A stretch of DNA of 46,718 bases from Candidatus Doudnabacteria bacterium RIFCSPHIGHO2_01_FULL_46_24 (lineage in GTDB: Bacteria > Patescibacteriota > Doudnabacteria > UBA920 > O2-02-FULL-48-8): assembly GCA_001777575.1 (NCBI GenBank), contig MFEL01000001.1:1-46718 (forward strand), read 5' to 3'. Shown here in pieces: positions 30,109 through 36,523 of the stretch. Both the position numbers and the translations under genes were made by a program. Positions within the stretch are counted from its first letter, which is position 1, and the number at the start of each line of letters is the position of its first letter. The notes below the pieces were generated by a model, which saw only the letters and a list, made by a program, of their open reading frames with translations, ran no database searches and was not told the DNA's origin.

Positions 30109-31083
30109 ATGAACTCAGCAAAGAATAAACTAATTGTTATTTTGGGGCCAACCAGTTCCGGCAAATCCGATCTTGCCATCAGGCTCGCTAAAAAATTTAG
30201 TGGCGAGATTATTTCCGCTGATTCGAGACAGATCTATAGAGGCATGGATATCGGGACCGGAAAAGTGCCGATTTCGCGCGGCTTGCGAAGTAAGACGCTT
30301 GCGAAATCGAGCATCCCCGCGAAAGCGGGGATCTATTCCGGAGGAATACGCCATCACCTGCTCGATATTGTCTCGCCCAAAAAGCAATACACCGTCTCCC
30401 ACTTCAAACGGGACATGAATTCCGCGGTCGCGCAAATCACGTCACGCGGCAAAATCCCCTTTCTGGTCGGCGGCACAGCGTTTTACATTTATGCGGCGAT
30501 CGACGACTGGCAAATTCCGGAAGTCAAGCCCAATCCCAAGCTTCGGAAACTTCTGCAACGAAGATCACCTTCACAGCTCTTTCAAATGCTCAAAAAACTC
30601 GACCCGCGCCGGGCCAAGACAGTCGACTCCAAAAATAAAGCCCGGCTCATCCGCGCCCTGGAAATCATCAAGTTTACCGGCAAACCCATTCCCCCTTACT
30701 CCCCTTATCCCCCTTACTCCCCTTATCTAATCCTCGGTCTGAATCCTCCTACTCTTAAAAAACTCATCAGCCAGCGCGTCGAGCAAAGATTCAAACAAGG
30801 CCTGCTCAAAGAAGTTAAACATATGTTAAACATAGGTATAACATTTTCCCGGCTCAAACAAATCGGGCTGACTTATGCTTTGGCCGCCGAATATGTCAAG
30901 CAAGGCTCGCCAAAAGACAAACTGGCGGAGCTCAAACAAAAAATCAAAACCGCCGAATGGCAGTACTCCCGCCGCCAAATGACCTGGTTTAAGCGCGATA
31001 AAAGGATCCGCTGGATAAAACATCAGAAAGAAGCGGAGAAACTTGTAAAAAACCATTTGCGCAAATACTTCACTGCTCTGTAG
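30109..31083 (+). CDS. miaA: tRNA dimethylallyltransferase, with a hairpin-bearing extra segment
   Basis: 324 aa. P-loop GPTSSGKS, SADSRQIYRGMDIGTGK, HHLLDI, RALEI. Extra residues ISRGLRSKTLAKSSIPAKAGIYSG lie between GTGK and HHL. Confidence 0.9.
   Translation: MNSAKNKLIVILGPTSSGKSDLAIRLAKKFSGEIISADSRQIYRGMDIGTGKVPISRGLRSKTLAKSSIPAKAGIYSGGIRHHLLDIVSPKKQYTVSHFKRDMNSAVAQITSRGKIPFLVGGTAFYIYAAIDDWQIPEVKPNPKLRKLLQRRSPSQLFQMLKKLDPRRAKTVDSKNKARLIRALEIIKFTGKPIPPYSPYPPYSPYLILGLNPPTLKKLISQRVEQRFKQGLLKEVKHMLNIGITFSRLKQIGLTYALAAEYVKQGSPKDKLAELKQKIKTAEWQYSRRQMTWFKRDKRIRWIKHQKEAEKLVKNHLRKYFTAL
30685..30722. repeat. 9-nt periodic C-tract/G-tract repeat, copy 3 of 3 (inside miaA, antisense to a Gly-X-Y reading)
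   Basis: ccc att ccccc ttact cccc ttat ccccc ttact cccc. It encodes PIPPYSPYPPYSPY in miaA. The minus strand reads KGSKGDKGSKGE. Confidence 0.6.
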
Positions 31084-31098
31084 TAGTGTAATATTTCT

Positions 31099-31134
31099 AA
31101 AAATGAAAAAAGCCTGAAGCAGCGCTGTCAGGCT
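31099..31134 (-). terminator. Rho-independent terminator of the Cys-rich operon (also closes miaA)
   Basis: Minus strand agcctga cagcgctgct tcaggct followed by ttttttcattttt. Confidence 0.65.
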
Positions 31135-31192
31135 CTCACTGTAATACAGTCGTGTATCATAGTGTTATTTGTTGACCTTGTGTGCCACGTGG

Positions 31193-31399
31193 TTAGGGCG
31201 AGCCGTTGCACCACGTGCCCGGCTGCCGCAGACAGTGGTTGGCGTAGTCAACCAAGATATCGCCTTCGCCAGCCTTCTGGTCACGTTCAGGCTTTGGAGA
31301 TCCGGCACCCTCCACCCGATTACTCAACCACTGTTTGAAGTGTCGTGGATCTGATTTCTGGAAATCCTCGCCAATCCTGCGCATCGTGCAGTCGCACAT
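31193..31399 (-). CDS. Candidate 68-aa Cys-containing protein (third gene of the G+C-rich island)
   Basis: ATG at 31397-31399, preceded by ccAGGAGGaacacg (MCDCTMRRIGEDF...ANHCLRQPGTWCNGSP). It overlaps the 3' end of 31320..31706 in another frame. I cannot decide which of the two frames is translated in the overlap. Confidence 0.4.
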   Translation of the reverse strand: MCDCTMRRIGEDFQKSDPRHFKQWLSNRVEGAGSPKPERDQKAGEGDILVDYANHCLRQPGTWCNGSP

Positions 31400-31706
31400 C
31401 GTGTTCCTCCTGGTTTCTTTGTGGAATCTCCCTAACCGTGAAGGTGTGGCCATAGGGACATCGGAATACCGCTCCTCCCATGAATCGCTTGAAAAGCCGC
31501 CAACTGTCCTGATCATCACGGCCACATCTGGGGCATCGCTTGCTGGTTTTCCCACTGCTCTCACAGACAGTGCTGAAACAGTAACCAACTTGTTCATGCT
31601 CGCTGCGCACGAGCTGCTGGTCACAGATCCGGCATCTAGTCTTCATCAGCCACCAGCCTCTGCGGTGACTGAACCGTTGGGGCACCCAGACCTTTGGTCG
31701 AGGCAT
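31320..31706 (-). CDS. Cys-rich double zinc-ribbon protein, paralog 2
   Basis: 128 aa (or 108 aa from MKTRCRIC at 31646). CRIC-14-CFSTVC-9-CPRCG-21-CPYGH. Same Cys spacing logic as 31718..31963. Confidence 0.5.
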   Translation of the reverse strand: MPRPKVWVPQRFSHRRGWWLMKTRCRICDQQLVRSEHEQVGYCFSTVCESSGKTSKRCPRCGRDDQDSWRLFKRFMGGAVFRCPYGHTFTVREIPQRNQEEHDVRLHDAQDWRGFPEIRSTTLQTVVE

Positions 31707-31717
31707 GGATTCTTCCC

Positions 31718-31963
31718 TTAGACTCCCGCCGCAGCGAATCCCTGGAGCAGTTCATGTCGCAAATTGTTCCGCCCGCAGTCATCGCACTCCAGCCGCGTCA
31801 CGTTGACGCCGCCCACGACCTGAGACGAGCCACATGCCGGGCATCTGGCAGAACGCCCGGGAAACTTCAAGATCAGCGGACAAGCCGCGTTGTCACATCG
31901 CCCCCAGTCCTGATCGCCGTGCAGACGCTCAAAGCAGTATTTGCAGCACACATCCAGCATCAT
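31718..31963 (-). CDS. Cys-rich double zinc-ribbon protein, paralog 1
   Basis: The ORF track extends to 31996. Preferred start MMLDVCC (ATG at 31961-31963), preceded by aaAGGAGGaaagcg. CKYC-12-CDNAAC-12-CPACG-15-CDDCG. Confidence 0.55.
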   Translation of the reverse strand: MMLDVCCKYCFERLHGDQDWGRCDNAACPLILKFPGRSARCPACGSSQVVGGVNVTRLECDDCGRNNLRHELLQGFAAAGV

Positions 31964-31991
31964 CGCTTTCCTCCTTTTTTGAAATTGATTT

Positions 31992-32023
31992 AACAAACAA
32001 AAACGCCTCTCTTTCGAAGAGGC
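31992..32023 (-). terminator. Intrinsic terminator inside the 5' leader of the Cys-rich operon (attenuator hairpin 3:4)
   Basis: Minus strand gcctctt cgaaa gagaggc followed by gtttttgtttgtt, about 30 nt upstream of the Shine-Dalgarno site of 31718..31963. Confidence 0.5.
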
Positions 32024-32051
32024 TTATGTTTGCGGTTTTACGCAACAGCAA

Positions 32052-32114
32052 TCACGCCTCTTCGAGCAAAGAGGTGGTAGTGGTCATCGCTGAATTGCTG
32101 ATTTGCTGTCGCAT
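32052..32114 (-). CDS. Candidate 20-aa leader peptide with four consecutive Thr codons
   Basis: Hand translation gives MRQQISNSAMTTTTSLLEEA-stop. The ATG lies 6 nt after the -10 box (leaderless geometry). Thr codons ACC ACT ACC ACC are at 32073-32084. The stop abuts hairpin segment 2. Confidence 0.35.
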   Translation of the reverse strand: MRQQISNSAMTTTTSLLEEA

Positions 32115-32120
32115 GTTGCA

Positions 32121-32149
32121 ATGTTAGCCGACAAAAACGATTTTGTCAA
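32121..32149 (-). promoter_or_regulatory. Sigma70-type promoter of the Cys-rich operon leader
   Basis: Minus strand TTGACA, 17 nt, TAACAT. It starts 6 nt after the gatB stop. Confidence 0.5.
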
Positions 32150-32155
32150 AACGAT

Positions 32156-33616
32156 CTAGATCCCAAGCTCTTTTTTGAGCAACTCGTTTATGACCTGTGG
32201 ATTACCCTTACCTTTAAGCTCTTTCATGACCAACCCGACCAAAAATCCGATCGCTTTCGGGTTCCCTCTCGCGTCCTCTACTCCCTTTGAGTTCCCTGCA
32301 ATAACTTTTTTAACCGATTCCAAAATAACTGACTCATCCGAAACCTGGCTTAGACCCATTGATTCCAAAAGGTTGCTGGGATCTTCGCCGGTTGCGAACA
32401 TTTTGGCAAAGACGTCTTTGGCCGCCAGCTGAGAGACTCTGCCTTGGGCGATCAATTTCATGAGCTCGGCAAAATTTTCGGCCGTGACTTTTGACTGGGC
32501 AGGAAGCAGTTTACGCTCATTTAGCAGCGCGGAAAACTGACCCAATGCCCAATTAGCGGCCATCTTCGTATGCAGAGCGTGGTCTTGCTGGTTGAATTGG
32601 ATATGCTCAGCGGCCAGCCACGCATCAAACTCCGAAATCACGTCTTCAAAATAATCAGCCAAGATTTTATTGGAAACCAAAATTTGCGCATCTTTCTCGT
32701 TCAAACTTACTTGGCTTATTAACCGCTGTTTCCGTACTGCCGGCAGCTCCGGCAGCTGCCTTCTTATCTCTTCCACCCACTCCCTGGTCAGGTGCAGAAC
32801 CGGCAAATCTGGTTCAGGAAAGTAGCGATAATCCTGGGATTCTTCTTTTGATCTCTGTGAAACTGTAATCCCCTTCTCCTCCACCCAGCCGCGCGTTTCC
32901 ATAACCGGCATCTTGCCCTCATCCAGAAGTTCAGACTGCCGCTTGATTTCGTATTCCAACGCCTGGGCCACGGCCTTAAACGAATTCATGTTTTTGACTT
33001 CCACTTTATACGGCGGGAATCCGCGCTGTCCTTGCTGACGCAGTGAAATGTTGGCGTCACAGCGCAAGTGCCCTTTTTCCATGTCCGCGTCAGAAACACC
33101 CAGGTAGCGCATGAGATTTTGCAGCTCCTGAAGGTAAGCCTTGGCCTCTTCCGACGAGCGAATGTCCGGTTCGGAAACAATTTCAAGCAAAGGGGTGCCA
33201 GCGCGATTGTAGTCAACCAGGCTATAATTTTTTCCCGGAGGATGCACCAGTTTGCCGGCATCCTCCTCGAGGTGGACTCTGGTGATGCCAACTTTTCCAA
33301 GCCGCCCCTTGCGATTGATCGGCTGGTCGAACTGCGAAATCTGATAACCTTTCGGCAAATCGGGATAAAAATAATTCTTGCGGTCAAATTTCGAATACTC
33401 GGCAATTTCGCACTCCAAAGCCAGGCCCACCATCACGGTTTTTTTTATGGCTTCGCGGTTGATGACCGGAAGCACGCCCGGCTGGGCGGTGCAGATTTCG
33501 CAAATGTGCACATTCGGCTTATCCGATTCGGCGTTTTTGGAGCGGCAGAACATTTTGCTCTGCGTGTTAAGCTGGACATGCACCTCCAGCCCTATGATTG
33601 GTTCCCAGGGATTCAT
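32156..33616 (-). CDS. gatB: Asp/Glu-tRNA amidotransferase subunit B
   Basis: 486 aa. WEPIIGLEVHVQL..., GatB/YqeY C-terminal domain. Confidence 0.95.
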   Translation of the reverse strand: MNPWEPIIGLEVHVQLNTQSKMFCRSKNAESDKPNVHICEICTAQPGVLPVINREAIKKTVMVGLALECEIAEYSKFDRKNYFYPDLPKGYQISQFDQPINRKGRLGKVGITRVHLEEDAGKLVHPPGKNYSLVDYNRAGTPLLEIVSEPDIRSSEEAKAYLQELQNLMRYLGVSDADMEKGHLRCDANISLRQQGQRGFPPYKVEVKNMNSFKAVAQALEYEIKRQSELLDEGKMPVMETRGWVEEKGITVSQRSKEESQDYRYFPEPDLPVLHLTREWVEEIRRQLPELPAVRKQRLISQVSLNEKDAQILVSNKILADYFEDVISEFDAWLAAEHIQFNQQDHALHTKMAANWALGQFSALLNERKLLPAQSKVTAENFAELMKLIAQGRVSQLAAKDVFAKMFATGEDPSNLLESMGLSQVSDESVILESVKKVIAGNSKGVEDARGNPKAIGFLVGLVMKELKGKGNPQVINELLKKELGI

Positions 33617-34005
33617 GGATTGCCTCCTCTCGGACCTGGAGGCGTTGGCTGGAATTCCGTGTTAATTTCCAACTTGGTCAAATCCGGATTGATGGTCCGA
33701 AGCAGCAGATACGCGCCGAACAGCAGACAGAGTCCGACGATGGCAGACATGATGAAGCTCCCGCCCTTCCCCGTCTGTTCCGCATTACCCCCGGCAGTCA
33801 TATACAGATATCCTCCAAGGACCATCATAAGCAGTGCCGCAAGCGCAGCCACAGCCATGGACCAAAGATATATTTGGTTGACGCATTTGCCCAAATCCGC
33901 CCGGGCATTGCCGGTGGCTGTGCAAGGGTTGGCGGCAAGGGCAAATTGGGGCAAAATAGCAATGATAAAGATGACGATTGCTATGATCGCGGCAGGGTAT
34001 TTCAT
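33613..34005 (-). CDS. Small secreted two-TM protein resembling TrbC/VirB2-type (T4SS-like) pilins
   Basis: 130 aa. Signal peptide ending FALA-AN, a Cys pair (NPC...GKC), two hydrophobic helices separated by a short polar loop, and a Pro/Gly tail. ATGA overlaps with both gatA (34002-34005) and gatB (33613-33616). The family call is inference from topology. Confidence 0.6.
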   Translation of the reverse strand: MKYPAAIIAIVIFIIAILPQFALAANPCTATGNARADLGKCVNQIYLWSMAVAALAALLMMVLGGYLYMTAGGNAEQTGKGGSFIMSAIVGLCLLFGAYLLLRTINPDLTKLEINTEFQPTPPGPRGGNP

Positions 34006-35453
34006 AAATCAGGTTTAAGCTTAAGGCCTAATGCTTGCTCCAAGGCGCTACCGGCTTGCAGGAGTCTTTCTTCGGCAAAATGCGGGGCGATCAACTGGAC
34101 GCCAATGGGCAGGCCTGATTTGCTTAAGCCTGCGGGCAAAGACAAACCCGGCACGCCGGCGATATTCAAAGGTCCGGTAAAAATGTCCTCTAAATACAGG
34201 GAAAGAGGATCAGAGCTCTTCTCGCCGATGCCAAACGCCGGATGCGGAGAAACGGGAGTCAGTAACAAGTCGTGTTCGCCGAAGGCTTGTGTAAACTCCG
34301 ACTTAATCAATCCCTGCACCTGTTTGGCCTTTTTATAATAGGCGTCATAATATCCGGCAGACGAGGCATAAGTCCCGATCATAATCCGCCGCTTAGGCTC
34401 CGGCCCAAAGCCTGACGCGCGGCTCTGGTAGTAGCCGGAAGCCAAATCCTCCGAAGGCACGGACAATCCGTAGCGAATGCCGTCGTACCGGGAAAGATTG
34501 GCGGAAATTTCCACCGGCAAGATTATGTAATATGCCGCGATTGAATACTGCACGTGCGGCAGGCTGGTTTCGGAAACGATAGCGCCCAGTTCTTCCATTT
34601 TTTTGATCGTCCCTTCCACAACCGCCCGGACTTCCGGATCAATCCCTGCCACGAAATATTCTTTGGGGATCCCAATTTTCATGCCCTTCACCCCTTGGTG
34701 CAAATGTTTGGAATAATCGGGCACGGCCTTTGGCAGCGAAGTCGAATCAAATTCATCTTGCCCGGCCATGAGCTGAAAAACCGAAAATGCATCTTCCACG
34801 GTTTTGGCCATGACCCCAGGCTGATCGAGCGAGGAACCCAACGCGATCAAGCCGTAGCGCGAACAGCGCCCGTAGGTGGGTTTAAGCCCGACCACTCCAC
34901 AGAAGCTGGCTGGCTGCCTGACCGAACCGCCGGTGTCCGTACCTAGAGCAAACAGCGCCTCTGAGGCTGCCGCAGCACAGGCTGACCCGCCGGATGAGCC
35001 GCCCGGCACTTTTTCCAAATTATACGGGTTTCGCGTCAATCCGAAAGCCGATGTTTCCGTCGACACCCCCATTGCGAACTCGTCCAAATTCGTCTTACCC
35101 AAAAAAACCGGGCCCGCTTGCTTTAATTTTTTAATTACCGTGGCGTCATAAGGGGCAATATAATTTTCCAAAATTTTTGAGCCGGCCGTGGCTTGGAATC
35201 CCTTCACCAAAATATTGTCCTTCACCGCGTAAGGAATCCCGGTTAGCACCGAGTTTTCACCTTCACCAATCAGCCGGTCCGCTTCCTCTGCCTGCTTCAA
35301 TGCTTCTGATTCCGCCACGTGCAAAAAAGCGTGCAGTTTCGGCTCCAGTTTTTTTATGCGCTCAAGATGCGCCTGCGTCAACTCGACTGACGAGATTTCT
35401 TTGCGCCTAAGCAGTTCGGCGGCCTGCTTGATTGTGAGGTCGGTTAGGTCCAT
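34002..35453 (-). CDS. gatA: Glutamyl-tRNA(Gln) amidotransferase subunit A
   Basis: 483 aa. Amidase signature GGSSGGSA. Confidence 0.95.
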   Translation of the reverse strand: MDLTDLTIKQAAELLRRKEISSVELTQAHLERIKKLEPKLHAFLHVAESEALKQAEEADRLIGEGENSVLTGIPYAVKDNILVKGFQATAGSKILENYIAPYDATVIKKLKQAGPVFLGKTNLDEFAMGVSTETSAFGLTRNPYNLEKVPGGSSGGSACAAAASEALFALGTDTGGSVRQPASFCGVVGLKPTYGRCSRYGLIALGSSLDQPGVMAKTVEDAFSVFQLMAGQDEFDSTSLPKAVPDYSKHLHQGVKGMKIGIPKEYFVAGIDPEVRAVVEGTIKKMEELGAIVSETSLPHVQYSIAAYYIILPVEISANLSRYDGIRYGLSVPSEDLASGYYQSRASGFGPEPKRRIMIGTYASSAGYYDAYYKKAKQVQGLIKSEFTQAFGEHDLLLTPVSPHPAFGIGEKSSDPLSLYLEDIFTGPLNIAGVPGLSLPAGLSKSGLPIGVQLIAPHFAEERLLQAGSALEQALGLKLKPDL

Positions 35454-35523
35454 ATTTATTCTACGAAAGTACGAAAGATCGAATTACGAACGGTTCGCAG
35501 TTTCGCAATTTCGTGTTTCGTAG
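35454..35523. repeat. 70-nt imperfect palindrome of acgaa/ttcg words filling the gatC-gatA spacer
   Basis: ctacgaaa gtacgaaagatcgaattacgaac / ggttcgcagtttcgcaatttcgtg tttcgtag. Confidence 0.65.
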
Positions 35524-35811
35524 TCATTCTAATACGCTTTTTACCTTTACAAACCCTTGCTCGCGCGCCGGCGCTTGAGCCAGCAACTCCAGCTTGATCG
35601 GCGACTCTTCGGCCACGTCATCCCGCATCAAATTCACGCTGTCCGGGTCATCGTATGGCTTCTCAACAATTTTGTCTTGCACTTCTTTGAGTTGCCCAAC
35701 ATAATCCAAAATCGCGGACAGTTCCTGCTGCAATTTCTGTTTCTCTTCCGGACTAAAACTCAACCGTGCCAGCCTGGCGATTTTCTCCACTTCTTCTATT
35801 GATATACTCAT
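35524..35811 (-). CDS. gatC: Asp/Glu-tRNA amidotransferase subunit C
   Basis: 95 aa. IARLARLSFSPEEKQKLQQELSAILDYV. Confidence 0.92.
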   Translation of the reverse strand: MSISIEEVEKIARLARLSFSPEEKQKLQQELSAILDYVGQLKEVQDKIVEKPYDDPDSVNLMRDDVAEESPIKLELLAQAPAREQGFVKVKSVLE

Positions 35812-35848
35812 GAAATTATTCTATCATAAAAGCGAAAGGAAACAAATT

Positions 35849-36397
35849 ATGCTATATGTCTTAATTGCGCTTGCAATCATAGTGCTTTGGTTCATCTACA
35901 TTTACAACAGTCTGGTCACTTCCAGAAACCGGGTCGACGAAGCTTGGTCAGACATCGAGGTTCAGCTCAAACGCCGCTATGACCTGATTCCCAACCTGGT
36001 CAACACGGTCAAGGGCTACGCCAAGCAAGAGTCCACAGTACTGCAGAACGTCACCGAAGCGCGCACGCAAGCCATGGGAGCCCAAACCTTGGCGGAGAAA
36101 GCCAAGGATGAAAACATGCTCTCCGGCGCTCTGAAGAGCCTGTTTGCCGTGTCGGAAAATTATCCGGACCTCAAATCAAACCAAAACTTCATGCAGATGC
36201 AGCGGGATTTGACTGACACGGAAGACAAAATCCAGGCCTCCCGGCGCTTCTACAACGGCAACGTCCGCGACTTCAACACCAAGTTGCAAACCTTCCCGAC
36301 CAATATGTTCGCCGGCCTGTTGGGCTTTGCCGCCAAGCTCTTTTTCGACATTGACGAAAAAGGGGCAGAAGGACAGCCAGTAAGCGTTCAATTCTGA
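35849..36397 (+). CDS. lemA: LemA family protein
   Basis: The ORF track starts at 35810, overlapping the divergent gatC start codon. Preferred ATG at 35849 (MLYVLIALAII), preceded by gaaAGGAaac. NRVDEAWSDIEVQLKRRYDLIPNLV is the LemA core. Confidence 0.88.
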   Translation: MLYVLIALAIIVLWFIYIYNSLVTSRNRVDEAWSDIEVQLKRRYDLIPNLVNTVKGYAKQESTVLQNVTEARTQAMGAQTLAEKAKDENMLSGALKSLFAVSENYPDLKSNQNFMQMQRDLTDTEDKIQASRRFYNGNVRDFNTKLQTFPTNMFAGLLGFAAKLFFDIDEKGAEGQPVSVQF

Positions 36398-36523
36398 TTT
36401 AATTATCAATTTACAAATTACAATTTTGCAATTAATGATCAATTGCCAATTTTCAATTGAACATTAATGCTTGAAAATTAATTGATCATTGAAAATTGAT
36501 TATTGAAAATTGATTATTTATCC
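36398..36523. repeat. AT-rich word-repeat spacer (caatt / ttgaaaattga units)
   Basis: aattatcaatttacaaattacaattttgcaattaatgatcaattgccaattttcaattgaacattaatgcttgaaaattaattgatcattgaaaattgattattgaaaattgatt. Confidence 0.6.

Noticed and set aside
31193-31624. 143-aa minus-strand ORF across the Cys-rich island
   Set aside because: Its 5' two-thirds is an alternative frame of the zinc-ribbon gene 31320..31706, with no start signal. Only its 3' part, downstream of the AGGAGG-preceded ATG at 31399, was kept as a candidate gene.
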